DNA from: an uncultured Coriobacteriales bacterium
GTDB taxonomy: Bacteria; Actinomycetota; Coriobacteriia; Anaerosomatales; CAVXGS01
Length of the DNA: 64,000 bases
Assembly (NCBI GenBank): GCA_963761535.1
Contig: CAVXGS010000002.1
Coordinates: 702,413 to 766,412, forward strand
Reading direction: 5' to 3'
Within the stretch, counting starts at the first letter, position 1, and the number at the start of each line of letters is the position of its first letter. The translations under genes were made by a program, and so were the position numbers. Shown here piece after piece: positions 10,072 through 22,526 of this stretch. Below the pieces are notes generated by a model that worked only from the letters and a program-made list of their open reading frames with translations, made no database searches and was not told where the DNA came from.

Positions 10072-11459
10072 GCTGATGCGGCCGATTGCTCGCCGAGCGC
10101 CTTCGCCAGCTCGGGTCCCAGTGCGGTCACATCGCCGGCGCCCATCGTGAGCACCAGGTCGCCGGGCTCGACGCGCCCGGCGAGGTAGCCGGTCACGTCG
10201 GCGCGGTGCGGCAGCCACGTGACCTGCGCGCGCCTGTCGTGGCGGAGGATGCTGTCGAGGATCGTCTTACCGGTGACTCCCGGTATTGGCGTCTCGCCCG
10301 CGCTGTAGACGTCCATCAGGACGACCCTGTCGGCGTCCCCGAACGCCTCGCCGAACTCGTCGGCGAGCGCGGCGGTGCGCGAGTAGCGATGCGGCTGGAA
10401 CAACACCCAGATGCGACGGTAGTCGAGCTCACGAGCGGCCCCGACGGTAGCGCGCACCTCCGTGGGGTGGTGCGCGTAGTCGTCGACCACGGTCACCCCG
10501 TCCACCGTCGCGACGTGATCGAAACGGCGTCGCACACCCGAGAAGGTCGACAGAGCGGTGCCCGCGGCGTCCAGCGGCAGGCCGAGCTGCAGCGCCACTG
10601 CAAGCGCGCCGGCCGCGTTGGCGACCATGTGCTCGCCGGGGACGGGGCAGACGCACTGAGTGGTCTCTCCGGCTGCCGTCCTCACTCGGAACGTGCTTCC
10701 TTCGCCGGAGTGCCCGACCGTCTCGTAACGCAGATCGTCCGACTCCAGCTGGCCGTACGTCACAACTCGTCGTCCAGACTCGCGGGCCAGTTCGAGGAGC
10801 CGCTCGTCGCCGCTCCACGCGATAACGATCCCGTCGTCAGGCACTCGACGCATGAAGTCCGCGAAGGTCGCCTCGATCTCGGCGAGTCCGCCCTCGTAGT
10901 GATCCAGATGGTCGGCCTCGATGTTGGTGATCAGCGCGATCTGGGGCGTGAGGTGCACGAACGAGCCATCGCTCTCGTCCGCTTCCACGACGTAGTGACG
11001 TCCGGACCCCGCTACGGCGTTGGTGCCGAATCCGTCCACTTCACCGCCGATGAGAAACGTCGGATCGAGACCGAGACGGGCGAGCATCGTTGCCACCATC
11101 GAACTCGTCGATGTCTTGCCGTGGGTACCCGCGACGGCGATCGTGGTTCGGTCCTCGGCAAGGTGCGCGAGCATCTTGGCTCGGGGCCACACGGGGATTC
11201 CGCGTCGAAGCGCCTCGGCGAGCTCGGGATTCGTCTCCGGAATCGCCGAGGAGATCACGACGACCTCCGGGTCACCGAGGTTCTCGGCGGCGTGACCGAT
11301 GGTCACCGGCACCCCTTCTCGAGCCAGGAGCCTTGAGTACCTCGACTCCTTGAGATCCGAGCCGGTGACGGGGACGCCTCGGCGGTGCAGCACGAGGGCG
11401 ATGCCGCTCATTCCGGCTCCACCAGCCCCGATGAAGTGGGCGTAGACGCGCTGGCTCAC
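10062..11459 (-). CDS. murC: UDP-N-acetylmuramate--L-alanine ligase MurC
   Basis: 465 aa intact with Mur ligase motifs GTHGKTSTS and DESD. Confidence 0.9.
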   Translation of the reverse strand: MSQRVYAHFIGAGGAGMSGIALVLHRRGVPVTGSDLKESRYSRLLAREGVPVTIGHAAENLGDPEVVVISSAIPETNPELAEALRRGIPVWPRAKMLAHLAEDRTTIAVAGTHGKTSTSSMVATMLARLGLDPTFLIGGEVDGFGTNAVAGSGRHYVVEADESDGSFVHLTPQIALITNIEADHLDHYEGGLAEIEATFADFMRRVPDDGIVIAWSGDERLLELARESGRRVVTYGQLESDDLRYETVGHSGEGSTFRVRTAAGETTQCVCPVPGEHMVANAAGALAVALQLGLPLDAAGTALSTFSGVRRRFDHVATVDGVTVVDDYAHHPTEVRATVGAARELDYRRIWVLFQPHRYSRTAALADEFGEAFGDADRVVLMDVYSAGETPIPGVTGKTILDSILRHDRRAQVTWLPHRADVTGYLAGRVEPGDLVLTMGAGDVTALGPELAKALGEQSAASACR

Positions 11460-12589
11460 GCGGATCCTCCGTGATCGTCGGTGGGAACATCGCGCATGGC
11501 GGCCGCTCGCGCGAGAGCGATGACACGCTGGGCGGCGTCCGGCCTGCCAAGGGTGCGTGATGCGGCTGACATGGTAGCACGGCGCTCGGCGTCGCCGAGC
11601 AGTGCCAGAAGCTCGTCACCGAAGCGTTCCTCGTCGAGTTCGGCGTCGGCTACGAGTACTGCTGCCCCGTTCTGCACGCACGCCGCGGCGTTCCGGGTCT
11701 GGTGATCGTCGGTGGCGAAGGGATACGGCACGAGCACCGCGGGCTTCCCCAGAGCCGTGAGCTCGGCGATCGAGGTGGCTCCCGCCCGGGAGACCACGAG
11801 GTCCGCGGCCGCGAGGGCGCTTCCCATGTCCTCGAGGTAGTCGAGGAGGTGCCAGCGCGAGGCGAGGTCGGCGTCGTCTCGGCCGAGCGCGGCAGCGACC
11901 GCGTCGTACTCGGCCTTGCCGGCAACGTGAACGACGTGGAGTCCGCTCACACGCATCAGTCGGTCGCGGAGGCCGACGATGGCCGTGTTGAGGTGCCGGG
12001 CACCCCGGCTGCCGCCGAACACCAGCAGCACGAGCGCCTCGGGGGGCAGCCCCAGTCGCCCCCTCCCCTCCTCGCGGGTAGCGGCAAGCACCTCGGGGCG
12101 AACGGGATTGCCGGTCACTCGAGCGCGCTCCGGGTGCGCGAGCAGCGGCGCGGATTCGGGGTACGTGACGCCGACCGCCAACGCCCATCTCGAGAGCGTG
12201 GCGTTCGCCATACCGGGTACCGAGTTCTGCTCGTGGAGCACCAGCGGCGTGGAGGTGAGCCGCGCGGCGGCCCCGACCGGCAGCGACACGTAGCCACCGA
12301 ACCCGAGGACCACGTCGGGCTGCAACGACCGTAGCAGGCCGACCGCCCTGACGGTCGAGCCTGCGATCCGCGCGGACGAAGTGACGAAGGTGGTCGGGCG
12401 TGCGCGATCGTAGCCGGCCGCAGGCAAGCCTACGAACTCGAGCCCAACCTCGGGAACGAGCCGGGACTCGAGCCCCTCAGGCGTGCCGACGAACGTGACT
12501 TCGTCATGCTCGGCGACGAGCTGGGCGGCCACTGTCAACGCGGGATAGATGTGGCCGGCCGTCCCGCCGCCGCTCAGCAGGACCTTCAA
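11456..12589 (-). CDS. murG: UDP-GlcNAc:lipid I GlcNAc transferase MurG
   Basis: 377 aa with canonical MKVLLSGGGTAGHI start, intact. Confidence 0.9.
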   Translation of the reverse strand: MKVLLSGGGTAGHIYPALTVAAQLVAEHDEVTFVGTPEGLESRLVPEVGLEFVGLPAAGYDRARPTTFVTSSARIAGSTVRAVGLLRSLQPDVVLGFGGYVSLPVGAAARLTSTPLVLHEQNSVPGMANATLSRWALAVGVTYPESAPLLAHPERARVTGNPVRPEVLAATREEGRGRLGLPPEALVLLVFGGSRGARHLNTAIVGLRDRLMRVSGLHVVHVAGKAEYDAVAAALGRDDADLASRWHLLDYLEDMGSALAAADLVVSRAGATSIAELTALGKPAVLVPYPFATDDHQTRNAAACVQNGAAVLVADAELDEERFGDELLALLGDAERRATMSAASRTLGRPDAAQRVIALARAAAMRDVPTDDHGGSA

Positions 12590-13748
12590 GCGGTCCCTCC
12601 TCGTCTCGCTTCCGTCGCCGCACCACTCGCGGCGCCTTGGCCCCGTACCGCGAGACCGACAGCAGCAGCCCCACGCACGTCATCGTGACGAGCATGGAAG
12701 AGCCGCCGGCGCTGACGAACGGAAGTGGCTTCCCCGTCACCGGTATGAGCCCGGTAACCGCTGCCATGTTCATGAACGCCTGCAACCCGATCATCGCCGT
12801 GAGTCCTCCGGCGACCATACGTCCGAACTGGTCCTTCGCTCCCAGAGCGATCCGCATCCCGGCGTAGATGAAGAGGCCGAACAGCGTCACCACGGCGAGC
12901 GTGCCGAGCAACCCGAGCTCCTCGCCGATGATCGCGAAGATGAAGTCGGTGTTCGCCTCGGGAAGGTAGAAGAACTTCTGCCGAGACAGGCCCAGACCCA
13001 CACCCTTGAGCCCTCCGGTGCCGAAGGCGAGGAGCGCCTGGATGATCTGGTAACCCGAGCCCTGCGGGGAGGCTCCCGGATTCATGAAGGTGGTGACGCG
13101 CAGCAGGCGGTACGGCTCGACGAGGATGCCGATCGTGCCTGCCGCCGCGACCGCACCCATCGCGATACCGAACCAGTACAGCGGCGCCTCGGCGAGCCAG
13201 AGCACGACCATCACCCCGAGCATCAGCGACATCGCGGTGCCGAGGTCCGGCTGCATGATGATCATCACCGCTGGCAGCGCGCTCACGCACGCGACGGAGA
13301 ACGCGTAGCGCCCCGTGGTGAGCTTGCCGCGGCGCCACTGCACCGACAGCGCCGCGATGAACAGCACGGTCGCGACCTTCGCGATCTCGGATGGTTGCAG
13401 GGTGACGAAGCCCAAGTCGAGCCAGCGGCGGGCACCGTGGCTCACGATGCCGATCCCGAAGGTCACCAGCAGCAGGCCGATCGACGCCCACCAGACGACG
13501 CGCGAGAGGTCGTAGAGCCTGCGATAGTCCAGCCTCGAGAGCGCGAGCGCGACGGCGAGCCCCATCGCGATGTAGATGGCCTGCTTGATCGCGTGATGGA
13601 ACATCGAGCCGTTGTTGACCATGTCCGAGACGTACGACGCCGAGAACACCATGATCAGCCCGAGCACCATCAGCGCGATGGCCGAGCCGAGCATCAGATA
13701 GCGCGTGGTCGCTCCGCCGGCGTAGACGACCTTCCGACCGCCGCTCAC
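12504..13748 (-). CDS. ftsW: Peptidoglycan glycosyltransferase FtsW (SEDS family)
   Basis: 414 aa, 10 TM, SEDS motifs; position inside the cluster between murD and murG. Confidence 0.85.
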   Translation of the reverse strand: MSGGRKVVYAGGATTRYLMLGSAIALMVLGLIMVFSASYVSDMVNNGSMFHHAIKQAIYIAMGLAVALALSRLDYRRLYDLSRVVWWASIGLLLVTFGIGIVSHGARRWLDLGFVTLQPSEIAKVATVLFIAALSVQWRRGKLTTGRYAFSVACVSALPAVMIIMQPDLGTAMSLMLGVMVVLWLAEAPLYWFGIAMGAVAAAGTIGILVEPYRLLRVTTFMNPGASPQGSGYQIIQALLAFGTGGLKGVGLGLSRQKFFYLPEANTDFIFAIIGEELGLLGTLAVVTLFGLFIYAGMRIALGAKDQFGRMVAGGLTAMIGLQAFMNMAAVTGLIPVTGKPLPFVSAGGSSMLVTMTCVGLLLSVSRYGAKAPRVVRRRKRDEEGPLEGPAERRRDGRPHLSRVDSGRPARRRA

Positions 13749-13779
13749 GACGCGCCTCCATCCGGAGCCGGGCCCAGTG

Positions 13780-15175
13780 TCACGCCGCGTCTGCGGCCCG
13801 GGCCGCCACCAGCGCCTTGAAGGCCCGGCCGCGCTCTTCGTAGTTCGCGAACTCGTCGAACGACGCGCAGGCCGGGGACAGCAGCACGACGTCCCCCGGG
13901 CGAGCGAGGTCAGCGGCAGCGGCGACCGCGGCCGCCATCCCGGCGGTCGACTGCACCCGCACGCCGAGGCCGTCGAAGGCGGCCACGAACTCGTCTGCCG
14001 CCTCGCCGAAGACCACCGCCGCAGCGGCCGCGTCCGCTACGGCTTCGGCAAGCGGCCGAAGGTCGTTCTGCTTGTTGCGGCCGCCCAGGAGCACGATCAG
14101 AGGCCGATCGGGAAACGCCGACAGCGCCTTGAGCACCGCGTCGGGGTTGGTGGCCTTGCTGTCGTTGAAGTACTCTGCCCCGCCGACCTCGCCGGCAGGC
14201 TCGAGGCGGTGCTCGATGGCACGGAATGTCCGTAGTCCCTCGCGGATGCTCGCAGCAGGGACGCCCACGGCGTGCGCCGCCGCGGCGGCAGCGAGTGCGT
14301 TGCTGACGTTGTGAGCGCCTAGGATGTGCAGCTCGTCCGGACGAACCAACCGGACGATGCCGCCGGGCGTCTCGAGTGCGAGCTCTCCGTCGACAACAGT
14401 CGCGCCGGGCAGGAACCTGCCCTCGCGGCTCACCCGCACGGTCTCGATGCCCGCCTCGGAGGCGATTCGGGCGAAGGGGGCAGAACCTGCGTCGTCGACG
14501 TCGACGATGGCGGTGTCTCCCCGCCCCTGATTCGCGAAGATCCGGGCCTTCGCGGCGACGTAGTCGTCATGGGAACCGTGCCAGTCGGCGTGATCGGGGG
14601 TGATGTTGAGCAGCACGGAGACGCGGGGGTGGAAGGCCTCGGTCAACGCGAGCTGGAACGAGGACACCTCGGCGACGAGCACGGTGATCTCGTCGATCTC
14701 GGCGACCGCCGCGATCGCGGGCGGCCCATAGTTGCCCACCAGGGCGGCGGGGGTTCCACCGGTATTCAGCAGATGGGTCACGAGCGCCGCGGTCGTGCTT
14801 TTGCCGTTGGTTCCCGTGATGGCGATCCAGGGTGAGCTCGACTCGAGCCACGCGAGCTCGATCTCGGAGATGAGCCGGGTGGACGCACCTCGTGCCCAGC
14901 GCATGAGCGGTGCGCTGGGCCTGATGCCCGGGCTCGCCACGCCGAGGTCGAAGCTGCCGTCGACAGCATCCACCCCGAGCACGACGCGCGCGCCCAGCGC
15001 CCCCAGCTCCTTCGCGACGCCGGTCGAGGCGCTCGTTCGAGCCCGAATCGACGATCGTGACCGACGCCACCTCGGCCCCGAGCTGGCGCAACAGGTACCG
15101 CGCGGCCGCTTCTCCGCTCGACCCCAGGCCCACGACGAGGACGTCGCGTCCCCTGTTGTCGCCGCCGGCGCTCAC
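13780..15175 (-). CDS. murD: UDP-N-acetylmuramoylalanine--D-glutamate ligase MurD (frame interrupted near 15015)
   Basis: N-terminal 54 aa (VSAGGDNRGRDVLVVGLGSSGEA...) in frame of ORF 14567..15862, with GTG at 15175 overlapping the mraY stop as GTGA. Remainder in ORF 13780..14982. A 1-nt insertion near cgtCgcgaag separates ...NERLDRR from KELGALGARVVLGVDAV. Confidence 0.8.
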
Positions 15176-16230
15176 AGGATCCTCCGAACGCTTTGCACGA
15201 AGTAGATCGCGAAGCCGAGGCCCGCCATGATGCCGGTGATGATCCAGAAGCGGACCATGACCTTGGTCTCCGACCACCCCTTCATCTCGAAGTGGTGGTG
15301 CAGTGGCGCCATCCGGAAGATGCGTTTGCCGGTCAGCTTGAAGGACGCGACCTGCAGGACCACCGAGAGGGTCTCGGCGACGTAGATCGCGCCGATCAGC
15401 ACGAGCAACAGCTCCGTTTTGGTGATCGCCGCGAGTGCCGCAATGGCGGCACCCAGGCCGAGCGATCCGGTGTCGCCCATGAAGATGTCGGCCGGGAAGC
15501 TGTTGTACCAGAGGAAGCCGATGCAGGCGCCGGCGATCGAGGCGGCCAGTAGCGCCGTCGACAGCTGGTCCTGGCGGAATCCGATGCCCGCGTACACCAG
15601 GCACACGATCGCGACGGTTCCGGCGGCGAGACCGTCCAGCCCGTCGGTAAGGTTCACCGCGTTGCTCTCGGCGATCATCATGAACGAGACCAGGCCGAGG
15701 TAGAGCCACGGAACCACCAGGGTCATCGAACCCAACTGGAAAGTGCTGGTCAGGCTCTCGGTACTGAGACGGATCGCGGTTCCGGGCACGCCGATCCAGG
15801 TAGGCAGGTCCGCCCAGTTCACCACCAGCAGACCGAAGCCGACGGCCACGAGCGTCTGCCACAGCAGCTTGGCGCGAGGACGGAGTCCGAGGGATCTGGC
15901 CTGGGTCACCTTCGACCAGTCGTCGACGAAGCCGAGCAGCCCGCAGGCGAGCGTTGCGATGAGCGCGGAAAGCGTGAGCCGAGTGGGCACGCCCATCGCG
16001 ACGAACACGACCGCGATCACGAACAGGATGAGCACGCCACCCATCGTCGGCGTGCCCTGCTTGACGAGATGACCCTGCGGCCCGTCAGCGCGGACTTGCT
16101 GGCCGACGTTGCGAACCCGCAGGAGCCGGATCCAGAACGGGAAGAGCAGCGCCGCCAGCAACAGCGCGGCGGTCGCCGCGAGCACGATGAGGTATGTCGG
16201 GTAGCGTTGCAGGTTGCTGAGGAACGTCAT
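15172..16230 (-). CDS. mraY: Phospho-N-acetylmuramoyl-pentapeptide transferase MraY
   Basis: Start MTFLSNLQRYP at 16230 (ATGA overlap with murF stop). Motifs DDWSKV, NAVNLTDGLDGLAAG, HHHFE. The upstream 106 codons of ORF 15172..16548 are read-through. Confidence 0.9.
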   Translation of the reverse strand: MTFLSNLQRYPTYLIVLAATAALLLAALLFPFWIRLLRVRNVGQQVRADGPQGHLVKQGTPTMGGVLILFVIAVVFVAMGVPTRLTLSALIATLACGLLGFVDDWSKVTQARSLGLRPRAKLLWQTLVAVGFGLLVVNWADLPTWIGVPGTAIRLSTESLTSTFQLGSMTLVVPWLYLGLVSFMMIAESNAVNLTDGLDGLAAGTVAIVCLVYAGIGFRQDQLSTALLAASIAGACIGFLWYNSFPADIFMGDTGSLGLGAAIAALAAITKTELLLVLIGAIYVAETLSVVLQVASFKLTGKRIFRMAPLHHHFEMKGWSETKVMVRFWIITGIMAGLGFAIYFVQSVRRIL

Positions 16231-17634
16231 CCGCTCACCAACCCCTCCACCACTCGCTCGAGCCCCATCACGCGCGACGCCTTGACCAGCACCACGTCGC
16301 CGCGCCGAACGACGCCGGCGACTGCCTCGACCGCCCGCTCGACGTCCGGGGTCTCGATCACGCGTACCGCGGACATGCCGGCAGCACGTGCGCCCTCGGC
16401 CACACGCCTCGCGCGCGATCCAACCGTCACGAGCCGCTCCACACCCGACTTCGCCACGAACTCGCCCAGATGGAAGTGCGCGAGATCCGCGTAGGAGCCG
16501 AGTTCGGCCATGTCGCCGATCACGGCGATACGGTCCCCTGGCGCGCATGTCGCGGCGAGCGTGTCGACGGCGGCGCGCATCGAGGTCGGATTGGCGTTGT
16601 ACGCGTCGTTGATCACCGTGACGCCGGAAGCGGTCGAGAAGGACTCCATGCGCATCGCGGTGACCGTCGCCTGCTCCAGGCCGCGTGCGATGGTCTCGAG
16701 GTCGAGGCCGACCTCCAGGGCGACCGCAGCCGCCGCGAGCGCGTTGTAGACGTTGTGACGACCGGGAGTCGGCAGCTTCACGCCGACGCTTCCGCCACCC
16801 GTCACCAGGGAAAACGATGGTCTGCTGGCGTCATCGAGCACGATGGCGTCGCCTCGCACGTCCGCATCGGCCCCGAGCCCGTACCGCACGACCCGGCGCC
16901 GAAGCGCGACTCGCGAGCTCCGGCGTGCGGGCATCGTCAGCGTTCAGCACGACGACGCCGTCCGCGCCGATCGCCTCGGCAAGCTCGCCTTTGGCGCGGG
17001 CGATGGCGTCCTCGGTGCCGACGACTTCGATGTGCGACTGGCCGACGTTCGTTACGAGCCCGATCGTCGGGCGGGCGATCGCGGCAAGCTCGGCGATCTG
17101 TCCCAGACCGCGCATCGCCATCTCGACCACGAGAACGTCCGTTCCCGCATCCGCCTCGAGGATCGTAAGCGGCGCTCCGAGCTCGTTGTTGCGGTTTCCC
17201 GAGGTCGCGACTGTCACGAACCGCTGGCGCAGCACGGACGAGAGCAGGTCCTTCGTCGTGGTCTTGCCGGTAGAACCGGTGATGCCGATGACGGTCGCGC
17301 CGAGCTTGTCCCGCTGGTAGGAGGCGAGAGCCTGCACGGCACCGAGCACGTCGGGCACCTCGATGATGGCGGCGCCGACGTGCAGCGCGCCTTCGGCAAG
17401 TCCCTCGACCTGCTCGAGCGGGCGTGAGATCAGAGCAGCGCACGCGCCGTTGGCGAGGGCGTCAAGCACGTGCTCGTGGCCGTCGCTGTGCTCCCCAGGG
17501 AGTGCGGCGAACACATCGCAGGTGCTCACCGCACGCGAGTCGATCGCGATGCCGGTGACTCGCAGGGACCCGGAGCCGGATACCAGTCGGCCACCGACCG
17601 CGTGCGTGAGGGTGTCCGCGGTGAGCGTCAGCAC
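16227..17634 (-). CDS. murF: UDP-MurNAc-tripeptide--D-alanyl-D-alanine ligase MurF (frame interrupted near 16895)
   Basis: N-terminal two thirds in ORF 16831..17634 (GTG start overlaps murE stop; GITGSTGKTTT), C-terminal third in ORF 16227..16934 (...RRVVRYGLGADADVRGD...). Junction lies within ELASRAS/SSRVALRR. Confidence 0.8.
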
Positions 17635-19061
17635 GAAAGCACCTCGCGCGCGACCTCGCAGTCGTCGAAATGGACGGTCCGATCCGCGAAGATCTGGTAG
17701 TCCTCGTGTCCCTTGCCGGCGATCAGCACGCAGTCGCCCGGCTCGGCCATCTCGATCGCTCGGGCGATGGCACGTCGCCGGTCCACCTCGACGGCGTAGT
17801 CCGCGCCCGTGTCGCGAAGCCCGTCCTCGATCTGCAGGATGATGCCCACAGGGTCCTCGGACCGGGGGTTATCGCTGGTGACCACGGAGAAGTGGGCGTG
17901 TCGACCGGCAGCGGCACCCATGAGAGGCCGCTTGTCGGGATCGCGGTCCCCTCCGCAGCCGAACACCGCGATGACCCGACCCTCGGTCACGTGCTTGACC
18001 GCGCCGATGGCCTTCGCGAGCGAGTCAGGCGTGTGGGCGTAGTCCACGACCACCGAGAACGGCTGCCCGCACTCAACCCGTTGAAGCCGGCCGGGAACCT
18101 GCGGAGCTTCGTTCAGTCCCGCCACGACGTGCGCCAGGTCGACGCCGACCGCAAGTGCGCATCCGGCCGCCACGAGGGCGTTACTCACGTTGTAGCCGGC
18201 CGCCAACGGCAGCCGCACCTGCTCGGCGCCATGGGGCGTCTCGAGCACGAAGCTCGAGCCGGTCGCGTCGAGCTGCTCGTGCCGAGAACGAACGCGAGCA
18301 GCTCTGTGCCGCGAGACCGTCCACTCCGCGCCGATGTCCTCGGCCATCACGAGCCCCATCTCGTCGTCGACGTTGACGACGCGCGAGGCCGCGCCGAACT
18401 CGGTGAACAGGCGTCGCTTGACCGAGAAGTACTCCTCGAGCGTGTGGTGGTAGTCGAGGTGGTCCTGGGTCAGATTGGTGAACGCAACGGCGGCGAAGTC
18501 GCACGCATCGACACGATGGAGGTCGATCGCGTGGGAGGAGACCTCCATGGACACCGCGCGCACTCCCTCGTCGCGCATCTCCGCGAACAGCTGCTGCAGG
18601 TCGAGCGACTCAGGAGTCGTGCGGGCCGAGTCCAGACGCCGTCCGACGATGGACGTGCCGACCGTTCCGATGATGCCCGTGGGCATGCCCGCCGCCCGGA
18701 GGATCGAGTCGAGCAGGTAGGTGGTCGTGGTCTTGCCGTTGGTGCCGGTGATTCCCACCAGTCGAAGCGCCGAGCTCGGACGGCCATAGAAGGCTGCCGC
18801 GGCGTGTGCGAGGGCGATCCGGGTGTCGGGGACGACGATCTGGGGGACGTCCGCCTCGACCGCGGACTCGACGACCACGACGGCCGCCCCACGAGCAACC
18901 GCGTCTGCGGCGAAGTGGTGGCCGTCGTGGCGAAAGCCCCTGATGCAGAAGAACGCGTCGCCGGGGGCGACGCGATCCGAGCGGTACGCAAGGCCCGAGA
19001 CGGGCGAGTCGGGACCTTCGACAGCGGAGCCGAGACCCGACAGCAGCGCTGCTATCCCCAT
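17628..19061 (-). CDS. murE: UDP-MurNAc-L-Ala-D-Glu--2,6-diaminopimelate ligase MurE
   Basis: Mur ligase motifs GITGTNGKTTTT and DNPR (DAP-type). Start taken at MGIAALLSGLG (19061). The 97 upstream codons of ORF ..19352 are Arg-rich read-through overlapping ftsI. Confidence 0.85.
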   Translation of the reverse strand: MGIAALLSGLGSAVEGPDSPVSGLAYRSDRVAPGDAFFCIRGFRHDGHHFAADAVARGAAVVVVESAVEADVPQIVVPDTRIALAHAAAAFYGRPSSALRLVGITGTNGKTTTTYLLDSILRAAGMPTGIIGTVGTSIVGRRLDSARTTPESLDLQQLFAEMRDEGVRAVSMEVSSHAIDLHRVDACDFAAVAFTNLTQDHLDYHHTLEEYFSVKRRLFTEFGAASRVVNVDDEMGLVMAEDIGAEWTVSRHRAARVRSRHEQLDATGSSFVLETPHGAEQVRLPLAAGYNVSNALVAAGCALAVGVDLAHVVAGLNEAPQVPGRLQRVECGQPFSVVVDYAHTPDSLAKAIGAVKHVTEGRVIAVFGCGGDRDPDKRPLMGAAAGRHAHFSVVTSDNPRSEDPVGIILQIEDGLRDTGADYAVEVDRRRAIARAIEMAEPGDCVLIAGKGHEDYQIFADRTVHFDDCEVAREVLSC

Positions 19062-19125
19062 GGTCTGGATCTGGTCCACCTGCCCCTCTCGCCTCCCGAA
19101 AAGCCGAGCCAGTCTAGCATGCGGA

Positions 19126-21000
19126 TCAGTGTCCGCCGTCGTCGCCGGCGTCGTCTGTAACCCCGTCGTTGCCGCCGGTGGCATCAGAGCTTCTCGCCTT
19201 CTTCTGCCCCGGCTTCGCGACGCCCGCCTGCTTGGACGAAGCCGCCTTGTCGACATGCTTGCCGGGCTTCGCAACGGGTCGTCTCGGCGTGATCTGCAGA
19301 TGCTCCATGCAGAACTTGCCGACAGCCGAGAACGTCGGCGCCGCCACCGCACCGCCGTAGATCGCGCGCCTCGGCGCTGAGAGGATCACGCAGATGACGA
19401 CCTCTGGGTCTTCGGCAGGCAGATAGCCGATGAACGAGCTCTCGTAGACACCCTTGGCATAGCCCCCGTTGTTGGGAAGAGCGACCTGGGCGGTGCCGGT
19501 CTTCCCGGCCACCGAGTAACCCTCGACCTGGGCCTTCGTGCCCGTGCCCTGCGTGACCACGGTTTGCAGCATCTTCGTTGCCGCGAGCGCGGTCTCGGTG
19601 GAGACCGCCCGCTCGGTACGCCAGCGATTGGCGCCTGCCGCGGGCCGCGAGAGAAGGAAGTGCGGCGTCACCATCACGCCCTTGTTGCCGAGCGCGCCGA
19701 AGGCCCTCGTGAGCTGCAGTGGCGACGCGGAGACGCCCTGGCCGAACGAGACGGTTGCGACAGTGAGCGGGGTGAGGTTGCTGCGCTCCGGCATCCAACC
19801 GGTCGACTCGGGATCGAAGTCGACTCCGCACGAGCGGCCCAGGCCGAAGCGCGAGAGCCGGTCTGACAACCGCTTCGCGCCGAGCGCGAGCCCGATCTTG
19901 GCCGCCCCGACGTTCGACGAGTGCATCACGATCTCGGTGAGCGACCAGCGCACCGCGCCCCGAGAATGCGACTCGCGGATGGTCTCACCGCCCAAGTGCA
20001 GTTGAGACGGGAGCGAGAGCTTCGAGCTCGGCTTGAACGCCTTCGCGTCGATGGCTGCCGCAGCCAGGAGCGCCTTGAGCGTCGATCCCGGCTCGTAGGC
20101 GTCGGTGACGCCCCGGTTCTTGAAGGCATCGACGTCTTTGACCGTCGCGAAGCTGTTCGGGTCGAACACCGGCGTCGAGGCCATCGCGTAGATCTCGCCC
20201 GTCTTCGGGCTCATGACGATGATCGTGCCCTTCTTCGCCTGCCAGTAGCGCACCGCGCGCGCGAGCTCGGTCTGTGCGTAGGCCTGGATGTCTCGGTCGA
20301 CAGTGAGAACGATGTCCTTGCCATGGACCGGATCGACGCTCTTGACCACGCCACCAGGGATTTCGCGGCCGAAGGGATCCCGTTCGGCGAGCAGCACACC
20401 CGGCTTGCCTGCGAGCACGCTGTTGTAGCGAGCCTCCAGCCCCGACAGACCGTTGTTGTCCACGCCGACAAAGCCGAGTACCTGGCAGGCGAGCGTGCCC
20501 GAGGGATAGAGCCGCCTCGAGTCCTCCAGGAACCCGATCCCCTCGAGCTTCAGCTTCTCGAGCGCGCGCGCTCGCGTGAGGTCGACCTTCCGCCCGATGT
20601 AGACGAACCCCGCGTCCTGCGCGAGCTTCGCCTCGTAGTCGGCGGGCTTGCCACCCAGCACGCTCGCCAGGGTATGGGCAGTACCCTTCTTGTCCCGGAT
20701 CTGGCGGGGGTTGGCGTAGATCGTGCGCGCTTCGACGCTCGATGCAAGCGGCTCGCCCCTCTCGATCGTAGATCGTGCCGCGCTGGGGCGTGATCTGCAC
20801 GTCGTGGAGGCGCTGGGCCCTGGCTTGTTTCCGATACTCGCCTGCCGAGACACCCTGCACCCACACGAGCCGAGCGGCGACCACGGTGAGCAGGAGCATC
20901 AGGAACGCGAGCGTCAGGACGAATCGCCGAGACGACGAACCCCGCGAGCGCGTGACGACGCGCTTCGCGGGCGCTTACCGGGACGACGCGAGACCGACAT
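19126..21000 (-). CDS. ftsI: Class B penicillin-binding protein FtsI (septal transpeptidase), with at least two frame interruptions near 20750 and 20935
   Basis: Transpeptidase motifs STLK, SSN and KTGTAQ are in ORF 19126..20853. TM segment plus dimerisation-domain start (LLLTVVAARLVWVQ...TIYDREG) is in ORF 19985..20899. An extra G in gaGGGGcgag breaks TIYDREG|EPLASSVEA. The true ATG (MSVSRRPGKRPRS...) is at 21000, separated from the TM helix by another indel. Confidence 0.75.
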
Positions 21001-21003
21001 CGC

Positions 21004-21528
21004 CTACGAGGAGGACGCGGGCTTCTCCCGCCGCGACGTCGACCACCGAGTCGACGACAGCGGGCAATGCAGGGGGCGGTGCTTACGGACGGAGCGGACG
21101 CCGGCGTCACCTTGGGGCCGCCGGGCGAGGGTCGCAAATCGATGTAGGAGGTCTTGTCGGCGACATCCATCCCGAGACTCATTCGAGGCGATGCGGCGAA
21201 TCCGGCTCGCCGAGGCAAGCTGGGCCTCGTGCACCTCGAGCATGTCGCCGTGGAACCGAGCGGCCTTGATGTCGTTGCGAAGCTTCGACGACGCGAGTGT
21301 GGCCTCGGCCGCCTCCGCGGAGAGCCACACGCGACCGAGCGCGGCCAAGGCGAGGACCGCGACCAGCACGCAAAACGTCACGAACGCCTCGTACGCGACA
21401 GCGTGAGCGGCGGGCCGTCGCGCTGGCGCGGCCTTGCCCTTCGGCGCGGCGTGCCCGTTACGGACGAGTCGCAGGTGTGGACGAGACTGCCGCACCTCGT
21501 GCTCGATCTTCAGTGCAGGCAGACCCAC
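21004..21528 (-). CDS. ftsL: FtsL-like division protein (single TM plus coiled coil); C-terminal frame uncertain
   Basis: Small protein between rsmH and ftsI with TM FVTFCVLVAVLALAALG and coiled coil. A 1-nt insertion near 21178 moves the plausible C-terminus (..IAS|ESLGMDVADKTSYIDL) into the frame of ORF 20550..21218. Confidence 0.45.
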   Translation of the reverse strand: MGLPALKIEHEVRQSRPHLRLVRNGHAAPKGKAAPARRPAAHAVAYEAFVTFCVLVAVLALAALGRVWLSAEAAEATLASSKLRNDIKAARFHGDMLEVHEAQLASASRIRRIASNESRDGCRRQDLLHRFATLARRPQGDAGVRSVRKHRPLHCPLSSTRWSTSRREKPASSS

Positions 21529-21579
21529 GCCGACCCTCCCCTCGTCCCAGTTCCTCAGCGGCCGCTCGCGGCCGCGAAC

Positions 21580-22523
<944 letters not shown>

Positions 22524-22526
22524 CGC

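Noticed and set aside
2640-20940. The possibility that the frame interruptions are programmed frameshifts or phase-variable homopolymer tracts
   Set aside because: Sites are not in long homopolymers or slippery heptamers. They affect constitutive essential genes, and the indel direction varies. Random base-calling error is the simpler explanation.
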